NCBI GenBank assembly: GCA_013239625.1
Contig: MU054166.1
Location: 446,598-510,597 of the forward strand
DNA: 64,000 nt
Origin: Lama guanicoe
Taxonomy: Eukaryota
Direction of reading: 5' to 3'
In this document: positions 1-13,000 of the stretch, piece by piece
How the letters are laid out: the number at the start of each line of letters is the position of its first letter
Position numbering within the stretch: position 1 is the stretch's first letter
The notes under the pieces: generated by a model
The model's input: only the letters and a program-made list of their open reading frames with translations
Databases searched by the model: none
Told to the model about the DNA's origin: nothing
Position numbers and translations under genes: made by a program

Positions 1-250
1 AAACTTGCATAATACAAAATCAATATACAAATATCTGTTGCATTTTTATATACTAACAACAAATTATCAGAAATAGTAATTAGGAAAACTATTGTGTGTA
101 AACTTATACCAAAAATAATAAAATAGGAATAAAATAGATAAGTGAAATAAAAGATCTAAACATAGGTCTACAAATTAAAGATGTAAGAAATATAAGTAAA
201 CCAAATAAATAAAAGATATTCTGTGCTCATAGATTGTATACAATGTGAGG
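1..250 (+). mobile_element. Old LINE-1 ORF2 fragment
   Basis: aaacttgcataatacaaaatcaatatacaaatatctgttgcattt corresponds to the ORF2 GYKINxQKSVAFLY region; highly decayed. Confidence 0.75.
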
Positions 251-254
251 AAAT

Positions 255-800
255 ACTCTAATCTATCTTTCACATGTTCAATCTCCGCAGCACTACTTAT
301 TGAGGAGAATGTCTTTTCTTCATTTTATACTCTTGCTTCCTTTTTCATGGGTTAATTGATCATAGGTGTGAGGGATTATATCTGGTTGCACTATTCTCTT
401 CTATTGATTGGTGTCAGTTTTTGATCCAGGATCATGTTTTTTAAATTACTAAATCTTTAAAGACTCTTTAACATCTGATTATTTAACACTATTAGATTTA
501 ATACTACTTTTCAATATTATTTTGGCAAGTCGTGATATTTATGGTTACATATAAATTTTGAAATTATTTGTTCTATTTAATGGAAAAATCTCATGGGTAT
601 TTTGACATGAATCACACTAAATGTAGATTGCCTTATGTAGTATGTTTGTTTCAACCACATAGTTTCACATCATTAACATAAGAGATCTTCTCATTTCTTG
701 GGAACAGATTTAATTACATTCATCAATGTTTTCTATTTTTTAATGTATAGGTATTCATCTTATTTGTTACCTTGATTTAGGTATTCTTTACATATGTAAA
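255..800 (-). mobile_element. Old LINE-1 ORF2 3'-half fragment, antisense
   Basis: Antisense L1 phrases such as cagcactacttattgaggagaatgtcttttc and ttaattgatcataggtgtg. Paralog at ~35095-35620. Confidence 0.7.
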
Positions 801-821
801 TAATTATATATATTACATTTG

Positions 822-3800
822 TAAACTGGTTCCCTACACAAATATAACAGGCAGAAGGCAGTGGCAAGATATATTCAAAGTCTTGAATGAAAGAAAGCTG
901 TAATCTAAGATAATTTATCAAGCAAGTCTATTTTTTAGAATAGAAGGAGAGATAAATAACATCCATAAAAGTGAATACTTAAAGAATTTAGCAACAGAAA
1001 TGAAATAATGAAGATCTAGTCTAAAGAAATAAAACAGAAATCTATAGAAAGTAGAAAGACATAATTAGAAATGCAATAGCTGCCATGACATAAAATAGAA
1101 TATACATGATGTTGTAAAACAGGACATCATAATTTTTAAGGGTCAGTGAGTGAAACAGGACAATACAGAGTATTTTCTTCTTGTTTCTCTTCTCTGTAGG
1201 AGGGGTTAGAGTTTGTATTCCTATCAGTCAAAATAAACAGATATATTAACGGGTCAATACACATACAAAAGAGGGTAACCAGAAGTCAAAAGCTTACAAT
1301 GAATTAACAAAGCCAAAAAGAAATCAAGATAATAAAGAAAACTTATAAAATCACAAAAAGAAAAAGAAATGAACAAAAAGGAAATAGAAAATCAACTGGG
1401 AAATTAAGTTCAATATGGAAATAAACAACAATCTATCAATAATTATCAAAACAGTTAATAGACTAAGTGCTTCAATCAAAAATATTTATTGTCAGATGGG
1501 ATATTATAACAAGACCCTACATTATGAAGCATACAAGGGACCCACTTTAGTAAGAGGAAAACACATCAATTGAAAGTCAGAAGATGGAAAAATATATTCC
1601 ATGCAAATGGACATGACAAGAAAGCAGGACTATGAGTACTGACTTCACACAAAATAGACTTTACATGAAAGGCCATAGAGAAAGATAAACAAGGACATGA
1701 TATAATGATTAAAGGAGCAATACAAAATGAGGGTATTATACTCATTAAGATATATGCACTCAATATATGAGCACCTAAATATGTAAAGCAAATACTAATA
1801 GATTAAAAAGGGAGAAATCGGAGGTAACACAATCACAGTAGGAGACTCTAACTCCCCATTACCATGACTAGACAAGCTTTCAGACAGAATATATAATAGA
1901 ACAAAGATACTAAAATATACGATGAAATAACTGGAGTTGGTTGATATTTTCAAAACACTACTTCTCCACAAATCAGAATATACATTCTTTTCTAGTGCAC
2001 ATGGAACATTTTCGAGGAGAGATTATGTACTCAGGTACAGAAGAGGCCTCAACAAACTTAAGAAGATAAAAATTTTTTCAAGCAACTTTTCTGAGTATAC
2101 CATGAAAGTAGAAATCAATCACAGAAAAACAGGGAGAAAAAATTACAGCATGTAGATTAAACAACATGGTACTAAAACAAGTAGGGGAGGTGAAGAAGTA
2201 AAATAAGAAATAAAAAATATATCGAGAAATATGACAAAACCCTATGCAAAGTTTATGTAATACAAATAAAGCAGGCTTTAGAGGGAAGTTCATAGTGACA
2301 AGGCCCTCCTCAAAGAAGAGCAATTTCAAATAAATAATCTAACGTTCTATAAACACTAATCATGAAAGAAGAGCAAACAAAACCAAAAGTCAGCATAAAG
2401 AGGGAAATATTTAAGGTCATGGAAGAAAGAATTGAATTAGAGTTTAAAAAATAGAAAAAATCAAACTATTTTTTGAAATAGTAAACAAAATTGACAAAAC
2501 TCTGGACAGATCATCAACAAGAATAGAGAGAGTACACAAATATCATAAGAAATGACAATGGAGAAACCACAAAGAGTACAAAAATTTGCAAAATATCATA
2601 AGGGACTATCATGAGCAACTATATGGAAACAAACTGGAAAAAAAGGAAGAAATTCAGAAGTTTCTGGAAACATTCAGCCCACCATTTTTTCATTAAGAAA
2701 ATATTAACCATTTGAACAGAGAGATCACCAGAAATGGAATACAATTATCAATAAAATAAAAAATCAGTGCAAACAAAATTCAGACCCTAATATCTTCACT
2801 GGGGAATTTGACCAATCATTCAAAGAAAAATCCATGCCACTCCTCCTCAAACTTTTCCAAAAACTTGATATAGAGAGAGTACTCCCAATCTCACACCATA
2901 GGGCCAACATCAAACTGATACCAAAACCAGAAAAAGACACTACACCAAAGACAATAGGCCAATAACATTGATAAACTTAGATGTAAAATTCTTTAAGAAT
3001 TTATTAACAAAAAGAATCCAACAGCATGTAAAAAAGATTACACACCATGGTCAAGTTAGGTTCATACCAGGAACACAAGGATGGTTGAACATATGCAAAT
3101 CAATCAATCAATTGTGATACACCATATTAACAAAGGCAGGAAAAAAACCACATGATCATCTCAGTAGATACAAAAAAGCATTTCATAATATTTAAAACCT
3201 ATTTGCAATAAAAGTTCTTATCACAGTGGGCATAGAGGGACCATATCTCAACATTATGAAAGCTATTTATGACCAACATATAGCCAGCAAAAATCTCAAA
3301 GGTGAAAAACTGAAACACTTCCCAAAAATCCTGAGACAAGTCAAGGCTGCCCATTCTCACTATTTCAATTCAATATAGTCTCAGAAGTCCTAGCAACAAA
3401 GATCAGGCAAGAAAAAGAGAGAAAAGAATTCAGACTGGAAAAGAAGAGGTAAAATTGCCATGATACGCAGACATGACACTATATAGAGGAAACTGTAAAA
3501 GCTTCACTAATAAGTACTTAGGCTAAAAAAGGAACAGGGCAAGGTACCCAGAGTAATGTACAGAAACCAATAGCATTTCTTTACATTACCATTCAACAAC
3601 AGGAAAACAAAGTATAGAAACAACCGCTTTTATAACTGCACCCAAAACTACTAAATGCTTAAGAATAAATCTGACCAAGGAGGTGAATATCTTATGGAGG
3701 GACAACTAGAAAACATTGATTTAGGAAATCAAAAAAATTTGAAAAATTGAAAAAATACCCAATGAACATGTAACGGAAGAAACAAAATTGTTAAAATGGC

Positions 3801-5560
3801 CATACTGCCCAAGGCAATCAACAGACTTAATGTGATTTCCTATCGAATTATGAAAACATTTCTTTTTAGGACTGAACCAAATGATCCTAAGATTTACACA
3901 GAGTCCTAAAAAATCCATAATTTCCAATGAATATTCAAAATAAAGTAAGAGGATGGAGGAATAAACCACCAGGTCTCCATACACTTTTGCAGAGATACAA
4001 TAATCAAAATGACAAGGTACTGGTACAGAAAGAGGCATATGGAAAAATGGAACAGAATACAGGGCCTAGGAATAAATCTACAGGCCTATGTTGTATGAAT
4101 CATTGACAGAGTAGCCAAGAATATTACAGAGAAAAGACCATCTCTTCACCAAATGCTGTTGGGAAAACTGGATAGCAGCATACAGAGCAATGGAGTTAGA
4201 ACACTCCTTCATTGCATACACAAGAATAAACTCAAAATGGCTTGAAGACTGAAATGTAAGGGAAGACACAGTAAATCTCCTAGAAGAAAACAAAGGCAAA
4301 ACACTCTGAGATAAATCTCAGCAATGATCTCCTAGAACAGCATACTCAGGTAATGGATGTAAGAGCAAAATTAATAAATGGAACCTAATTAAACATAAGT
4401 TTTTGGACAGCAAAGGAGATCATAAACAAAGCAAAATGACAACCTACAGGATTAAAGAAGACATTTAGAATTGATGCAACTGACAAAGTCTTAATTTCCA
4501 AAATATAAAGACTTCATACAACCTAATAATAATAATAATAAAACAAGAAACCCAATCTGAAAATGGGCAGAAGCCCCAAACAAGCAATTCTCAAATAGAG
4601 ACATACAAATGCCACACAGATATATGAAAAAAAAAATTCTCATTATCATTATTATAGAAGGGCAATTTAAAAATATGATGAAGTATCACCTCACAATAGT
4701 CACAATGGCCATCATTCAAAAATCCACAAACAATAAATGCTGGGGTAGCTGTGAAGAAAGTGAACCGTCCTACACTGATAAAAGGAATGTAGTTTGGTGC
4801 AGTCATTGTGGAATACAGGATGGGGATTCCTCAAAAGAATAAAAATAGACTTAACATATGATTCAGCAATCCCACTTCTGGGTATATATCAAAGAGAACT
4901 CTAATTCAAAAGACACCTGCACCTCAATGTTCTTAGCAGTGCTATATACAACAGCCATGACATGGAAGCAACCTAATGGTCCAACAACTGATGACAGTAT
5001 TCAGAAATTATGCCGTATTTACACAATGGAGTAATATTCTGCAATAGAAAATGATAAAACAATGACATTTGCAGCAAAATGGATGTCCCCATAAAGTGAC
5101 ATTCTAATTGAAGTAAACCAGAAGGAGAAAGAAAAATAATACATGACATGACATATGTGTAATATTAAAAAAAATTTGGATGAGGACACAATGATTTCAT
5201 CTACAAAATTTAAGCACACTTGCAGACCTAATAAAATATTTTATGATTAATGCGGAAAGGGGCTGTGAGAGGATATATATGGGAACTTTCATTTATAAAA
5301 AGTTATCTGCTATATATAAAAATAGATTTTTTCAAAATTTCTTTCGTATGACACAGGGCAGTAAGTTAAATATCATGAAGTAAACTTTAATAGTTACACA
5401 AATGTATGCGTGTACGGGAACACTGTGATCTACACAACAGATTTACACATTGTAAATGTCAGTACTTCAATGATAAATAAATGAATAAATATGTAAATAA
5501 GTAAATAAATAAATATATATAAGTTAATAAGTAAATAAATAAATAAATAATATCTAAATA
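822..5560 (+). mobile_element. 5'-truncated LINE-1 (end of ORF1, decayed ORF2, 3'UTR, A-rich tail)
   Basis: ORF1 C-terminal sequence (cagaaggcagtggcaagatatattcaaag). ORF2 start near 1415; endonuclease motif EYTFFSSAHGTFSRRDY; C-terminal [22 protein letters not shown]; (TAAA)n tail. Many stops and frameshifts. Confidence 0.92.
5474..5560. repeat. (TAAA)n-like tail microsatellite; paralog 41028-41081
   Basis: aataaataaataaataa runs at the L1 3' end. Confidence 0.85.
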
Positions 5561-5569
5561 AAAAATTTA

Positions 5570-6470
5570 GTAATAAATGAAATACAAAGATTCACACTAC
5601 TTAACTTTTCACCTCAAATTCTAGGGGAAAACTAAAAGAAAAAAGAAGATAATTGAATGAATGATAGTAAAAAAGAAGAGAATGAATGATAGTAAGGCAA
5701 ATAAGAGAAACAATTGAAAATATAAAAAAAAAAATACCTTAGTCTTTTTCTTTCAAACATAAAGTGGACAAAAGTTTAGGTTGGTAAAGAAAATAAAGAC
5801 TCAATTAAAATTAGAAATAAAAGAGAATATATCACCACTGATATTGTAGAGATGCAAAGCATCATAAAAAATTACCACTAGACAACGATTTGAATGACTT
5901 ACAACAAAAGACAAATTCCCAGTAACATATGTCTTCCAATACTGAATCAAGAAGAAATAAGAATGTTAAATAGAGCAAAAGTGTATAGGAGTAAATCAAT
6001 AATCCAAACTTCCCAAACAAGAAAATATTTGCAAGACGACTTTACTGGTCTTTACTGTCATTCATTTGAAGAAAATTTCTCACCAATTCTTCCCCAAATC
6101 TTCCAAGAATTTGAAGGGTGTGAAAGATTCCAAACATGTTTTATGATGCCAGCTTTATATGCATAACAATGATAGAAAGGACATTATATGCAAAATATAG
6201 AATATTATCCCTGATGAACATATGTGCCAAAATTCTCAACAAAACACAAGCAAAATGAATTCAACAACACATTTAAATTATAATACACACACATGAGTAA
6301 AGGGATTAATCCCTGGGTTTAAGGATACTTCAAAATATTGACATCAATAAAGGTGACATCCCACACTAATAGAATGAGAAATAAAACTCACATAATCATC
6401 TCAATACGTGTGGAAAGTGCATTGTATATGATGCAACATACTTTTAAGATACTCCCATCAAATTAAATTA
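5570..6470 (+). mobile_element. Old LINE-1 ORF2 internal fragment
   Basis: ORF 5894..6166 (LPILNQEEIRMLNR...DDFTGLYCHSFEE) matches the ORF2 Z-domain/pre-RT region. Confidence 0.85.
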
Positions 6471-6474
6471 ACCC

Positions 6475-6926
6475 TGTCAGTGGCACGATATCATTTACAC
6501 ACAAACACTGTGTGGAGAGAAACGAAGCAGTTCTCTGTTTTTGATTCTAAGAAGAAGGCTTTATATAGGACATACACAATGCCTCACATATCATTTAAGT
6601 TATAACAATGATAATAATCTTAAGCTATTTATCTCCCCATTCTACTGCAGTAAGCACAGGATGTTAAATGATCAAGGAATGTTTTAAAGTTCATCACGGA
6701 ACTTCATTAAGTAGGCCATCTCTTATCCAGCTGGCTGTGCCTTTCTTAGGTTGTCCTCCTCTGAGTATCTTACCCAGAATAAGATATCCATCCATTCATA
6801 CTGGATACATTGAGTAGGCCATTTCTTATCCAGCCTGGATATGTGACATTCCTCACAGCTTGTTTATCAGTTCAGTCCATGGGCTTATTCTCTAGAGCCT
6901 TCAGACAGGGGCCTAAAAACCCAACA
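6475..6926 (-). mobile_element. Solo LTR of an endogenous retrovirus (~452 bp)
   Basis: TG...CA termini (tgtcagtgg ... cccaaca), minus-strand TATA box CCTATATAAAGCC (~6557-6569), internal direct repeat agtaggccatYtcttatccagc (~6710 and ~6813), and flanks accc/tccc as a degenerate 4-bp TSD. Confidence 0.7.
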
Positions 6927-6984
6927 TCCCTTGACCGAAAAATGGATGAAGAAAATTTGATGTATATATGCAATTAAATCAATA

Positions 6985-9900
6985 TTTTGCATACCTATCA
7001 ACAGTTTCCTTGGTGTTCCTTTTTCTCCATAATCTCACCAATATCTATTTGTTTTCTTTTTGATGAGAGCCTTCTGACAAGTGTGAAGTCTTGTCTCATT
7101 TTTGGTTTATGACTTTCCTAATAATTTATAACTCTGAACATATTTTAATGGGTCATTTAGCCAACTGTATGTTTTCTACAGAAATTTGATTCATGTCTAT
7201 CTATTCAGTTCCTATGGACATTTTTTTAATTGGATTGTTTGCTCTCTTTTGTTGCTGTTGTGGGGAAAGAGTTTGCCATATATTTTGGATATTAACACCA
7301 CATTGGAAAATATAACTTGCAAATATAGTCTCCCATTCTGTTTGTTCAGTTTTCATTTTATTGATCATTTCTTCTGCAGTGTAAATCTCTTTAGAGTGAT
7401 ACAATCGTATTTTGTTAGGTTTGCTTCTGCTTCCCATGCCAGAGGAGACATATGTAGAATCATATTAAGTCCAATGTCAGAGTGTACTTTTTATGTTTTA
7501 CTCTAGGATTCTTTGTTTTCAGGATTTATGTTTTATATGCCCAGGAGTGGGATTGCTGGGTCATATGAAATGTCTAATTTTATTATGTAAAGGAACTTCC
7601 ATACTGTTTCCAAAGTGGTTGCATCAATTTTCATTCCCACCAACAGTGTTGGAGAGTCCCATTTTCTCCACAACCACCCAATTCTTTACAGTTTGTAGAC
7701 ATTTGAATGACAGCCCTTCTCAATAGTGTGAGGTAAAACATTATTTTAAATTTGTCTTACATTTTTATAATGATTAGCAATGTGAGCATGTTTTTTTTTC
7801 CTCTTTGTCATCTGTGTGTATTCTTTAGAGAATTGTCTTCTGCTCATTTTCTGGCTGAGTTGTTTGTAGACTTCTGAAATGGAGTTGTATGAACAATGTG
7901 TGTATTTTAGAAATTAGCCTTTTTTGATTGCATTGTTTCCTAATATTTTCCCTCATTCGGAAATTCATCTTTTCATTTTGTTTATTTTGCTGTGTAGAAG
8001 CATTTAAATTTAATTAGGACTTTTTGTTTATTTTGTTTTTAATATTTTCAGCTTGGGAGAATGACATAAGAAAATTTTGCTACAATTTATGTCTTGTTTT
8101 GTTTATGTTAGTTTCCAGGATTTTTATTGTGTCATGTATTATATTCACATATTTAAAGCATTTTGAGTTTATTTTTGTACAGTGTGAGGGAGTGTTCTAA
8201 TTTCATTGATTTACATGTAGCTATCTAGCTTTCTCAACATCACTTGCTGAAGACTGTATTTTAGAACATTGTATAGTTTCCTTTATCATAGTTTAGTTAA
8301 CCATAGGTGTGATGTTTTATTTCTGCCTCTGTGTTGCATTCCAGTGATATAGATGTTTGGTTGTTTTCCAGCATTGTGCGGTTTTGATTTCGGTATTTTT
8401 GTACTATAGTCTGAAATCTGGGATGGTTATAGGCTTTGCCTCCAACTTTGTTCTTTTTCCTCAGTGTTTCTTTTGCAGTTCTGGTTCTTTTGCAATTCCA
8501 TACAAACCATAGGAGTGTTTTTAGTTCTGTGGAAAATATCATGTAGTTTGATCTGAATCAATTTATATCTGTAGACATCCTTTGTAGTATGTATATTTTA
8601 AAATTATTATTTCCTCTAAACTTAGACCTTGAGATTTTTTTCCATTTCTGGGCATTATATTCAAATTTCTTTATCAGTGTCCTATTCATTTTATTATGTT
8701 GGTTTTTTCATAGGTTTTTCATTTTTTGATCTGATTTCTTATGGATCTTTTAAAATTATGGATTATTTCATTGTTTGTGTAAAAAATGTGACAGTTTTTG
8801 TATATTAATCATGAATCATGCTGCTTTGCTAAATGTCTTTATTAGATTTAATTGTTTTGGCTTGAAGAATCTTTAGAGATCACTATATAGATTATCATGT
8901 CATCTAAAATAATAACATTTTTACTTCATTCAATCCAACTTGAATAACATTTTTTCTTGTCCGATTACTGTTGCTAAAACTTCCCATACTGTGTTTAATA
9001 AAACTGGTGAAAGTGGGCATCCTTGTCTTATTCCTTAATTTGGCTTTCAGTTATTCACTTTTGCATATTATGTTGTCTGTGGTCCTGTAATTAATGACTT
9101 TAAATATGTTGAAGTATATTTCCTGAATCCTACTTTGCTAAGAGGTTTCTGCTGTTGTTGCTTTTGTTGTTGTGGTTGTTGTTGTTGCTGTTGTTGCAGT
9201 CTTAATGAATAAATGTTGAATTTTATGAAATGCTTTTAATGGATTTATTGGGATGACTATGTCATTTTCTCTTTTCCTTTTGTTAATGTGGTGTATCAAA
9301 CTGATTGATTTGTGTATGTTGAACCTCTGTTGTGACTCTGCAATTAATCCAAGTTGATCATGGTGTATGATATATTTTAGGTATTGCTGGATTTATTTTG
9401 CTAATAATATTTTGTAGAATTTTTGCTTGTAAATCTATCAAATATAATGGCTTGAAATTCCCTTTGCCCGTACTTTTTTTGTTGGTTTTGCTATCAGGGT
9501 GATGAAAGCCTCATAAAATTAATTTGGGAGTTTCCCACATCTTTACTATATTTGAATAGTTTGAAGAGTATAAGTTCTGCTTTGTGTAATTTTACAGTTC
9601 GCCACGGGAGCTGTTAATATCTGCAGTTTTATTCAACAGTTTTTTAAATGCAGATTCTATCTTTCTTCTTGTAAACAGTTTGTTCAAATAATTTGTTTCT
9701 CCTTACCTCTGTCTCTTTCAAGACATTTGTCTATTTCTTCTAATCTGTCCAGTTTATTGGCATGTAAGTGTTGACAAAATGATGCTTTTGTATATCTGAG
9801 GTAACAATAGCAATTTCTCTTCTTTTCTTTCTTAATTTATTTCTTTGGAGCATCTACCTTTTCTTCATGATGCACCTGGCTAGAGGTTTATTGAATTACT

Positions 9901-10010
9901 TATCTCAAAAAGAAAACATAAAACAAAATCTTTGGTTTTATTACTCTTTAGCAAAGATTTTTTTCTCTATAATTTATATTTAAACCTCTAATATTTAGGA
10001 TAATGTTTTT
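6985..10010 (-). mobile_element. Two adjoining antisense LINE-1 ORF2 fragments (junction ~7535)
   Basis: ORF 7201..7437 (EWETIFASYIF...ANNPIKK) and ORF 8297..8542 (FSTELKTLLWFVWNCKRTRTAKETLRKKNKVGG). The ORF2 3' region restarts at ~7535. Confidence 0.85.
9150..9197. repeat. Imperfect (GTT)n; paralog ~44628-44676
   Basis: gctgttgttgcttttgttgttgtggttgttgttgttgctgttgttgc. Confidence 0.85.
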
Positions 10011-13000
10011 ACTGTTTTTCAATTTTTTTAATTGATTTACAGTCATTTTAAAAATTTGTCTCCAATTCCAGTGTAGAGCACAATTTTTCAGTTACAATGA
10101 ACATATATACATTTTTTGTCCCATTTTTTCGCCTTTGAGCTGCCATAAGAACTTTTATAAAATTCCCTATGCTATACAGTAGAATCCTGTTTATCTATTC
10201 TACAATTTTGGCCTCCCAGTCTATCTCTTCCAACCCCCCACCCCATGGCAACCAAAACTTTGTATTCTACTACTGCGGGTCTATTTCTCTTTTGTATTTG
10301 TGCTCTTTTTGTTTTGTTTTATTTTGTTTTTAGATTCTACTGATGAGCCATCTCTTATGGTATTTTTCTTTCTCTTTCTGGCTTACTTAACTTAGACTGA
10401 ATTTCTCCAGGAGCATCCATGTTGCTGAAAATCGCTTTATGTTGTCAGTTTATATGGCTGACTAGTATTCCATTGTATAAATATACCACCTCTTCTTTAT
10501 CCAGTCAACTGTTGAAGGACATTTAGGCTGTTTCCATGTCTTGGCTATTGTAATAGTGCTGGCTATGAACATTGTTTTGCAGGTGTCATCCTGAATTAGG
10601 GTTAGTTCTGGATATATGCCCAGGAATGGGATTCCTGGGTCATGTGTTAAGTCTATTCCTAGGCTTTTGAGGAATCTCCATCTTGTCTTCAACAGTGGCT
10701 ACAACAAATTGCATTGCCACCACCAGTGAAGGACAGTTCCCTTTTCTCCACAGCCACTCCAACATTTTTCATTTGTGGATTTTTGAATGATGGCCATTCT
10801 GACTGGTGTAAGGTGATACCTCACTGTAGTTTTGATTTGCATTTCTCTGATTATAAGTGATATTGAGCATTTTGTGATGTGCCTTTTGATCATTTGTATG
10901 TCTTCCTAGGAGAATCGCTTGTTTAGATTTTCTCCCCATTTTTGGAGTGCGTTGTTCATTTTCTCTTATTCAGTTGGATGAGCTGCTTATATACTCTGAA
11001 GATCAAGCCTTTGTCGGTTTCATATGCAAATTATTTTCCCATTCTGTATGTTGACTTTTTGTTTTACTTCTGGTTTCTTTACTGTGCAGATGCTTGTACA
11101 TTTCATTAGGTCTCATTTGTTTTTTCTTGCTTTTATTTCTTCTGTGAGAAAATTTTCGAGAATTGTCAGATAATATTTTGCCTATATTTTCCTCAAGGAG
11201 TTTTATTGTATCTTGATTATTGTATCTTATGTTTAAGTCTTTGAACCATTCTGATTATATTTTTGTGTGTGGTGTTCTAGCTTTATTGGGAGTGCTCTAG
11301 CTTCATTGATTTACATGCTGCTTTCCAGTTTTCACAACACCAGTTGCTGAAGTGTCTGTCTCAAATCCATCGTATTTTCTTGCCACCTTTGTCGAAGATT
11401 AATTGACCAAAAGTTTGTGGGTTTATTTCTGGGCTCTCTATACTGTTCCACTGGCCTATATGTATCTTTTTCTACCGATTCAGTGCTGTCATGTTGACTG
11501 TAGCTCTATATTATTATCTGAATCATTAGCATAAAGAAATGTCACTGATTTTTGAATCTTAATCTTGTAACCTGCTACCTTGCTGAATACTTTGATCAGC
11601 TTTAGTAGTTTTTGTCCGGATCTTGCAAGGTTTTCTATATATGGTAACATATTACCTGCATATAGTAAGACTTTTACCTCTTCCTTTCCAATTTGCATCC
11701 CTTTTACTTCTCTGTCTTGTTTGATGGCTGTTGCTAGGTATTCCAAGCCTATCTTGAGTTGGAGTGGAGATAGTGTGCATCCTTGTCTTGTCCCAGATTT
11801 TAGTGTGAAGGTTTAAATTTCCTCACCATTGATTACTATGCTAGCTGTAGGTTAGTTTTCTATAGCTTTCATGATGCTTAGTTACGTTCCCTCTCTGCCC
11901 AGTTTGATGACGATTTTATCATAAGTGGGTGTTGAATTTTATCAAATGCTTTTCCTGCATCTATTGAGATGATCATGTTGTTTTGGTCCTTTCTATTGTT
12001 GATATGCTGTATTACATTGTTTGACTTGTATATGTTGAACCACCCCTGTGTCCCAGGCATGATCTCTACTTAGTCATGAAGTATAATCTTTTTTCTGTGT
12101 TTGGATTCTATTTGCTACTATTTTGGTGAGGATTTTGGCTTCTGTGTTCATCAGTGCTATTAGCCTATGATTCTCTTGTTTGGTAGTGTCTTTACCTGGT
12201 TGTGGTTTCAGGGTGATTGTGGCTTCATAGAATGACTTTGGGAGTATTCCTTCCTTTTCAATCTTCTGGAAGAGTTTGAGAAGCACTAGTATCAGTTCTT
12301 CTTTGTATGTTTTGTAGAATTCCTCATTGCATCCGTCCGGTTCTGGACTGTTATTTGTAGGGAGGTTTTATATTGCTTTTTTTATTTAATTTCTGGTGCT
12401 CTGCTTGTTCAAGGGGTAAGTTTCTTCTTGATTCATCCTTGGTGGACAGTATGTGTCCAGAAATTTGTCCGTTTCCTCTAGGTTATCGAGTTTGTTTCCA
12501 TAAACTTTTCATAATATTCTCATATGATATTCTTTATTTTTATTTTATTTGTTGTAATTTCTCCTTTCTCCTATCTTATTTTGTTAATTTTTGCTCTCTC
12601 TCTTTTCTTCTTTTTGAGTTTGGACAGAGGATGTTCGGTTTTCCTTACTTACTTTTATAAAAAACAGCTTTTGGATTGGTGATATTTTTCCTATGGTTTT
12701 GTCAATCTCTATTATATTTATTTCCTCTCCAATATTTATGATTTCCTTCCTTCTGCTGTCTTTTGTTGTTTTTGTTCTTCTTTTTCTTGTTCATTCTGCT
12801 GGTGGGTTCAATTGTTTATTTGTGATTGTTCTTCTTTTATGAGGAAAGCTTTTATCACTATAAACTCCCCTCTCAGCACTTCTCTGCATGTGTCCCATAA
12901 ATTTTCTTTGGTTTTGCTTTCATGTTCTTTTGTCCCAAGGAACTTTTCCATTTCAGCTATGATTTCTTCTTTGATGCATTTGTTTTTCAATAACATATTG

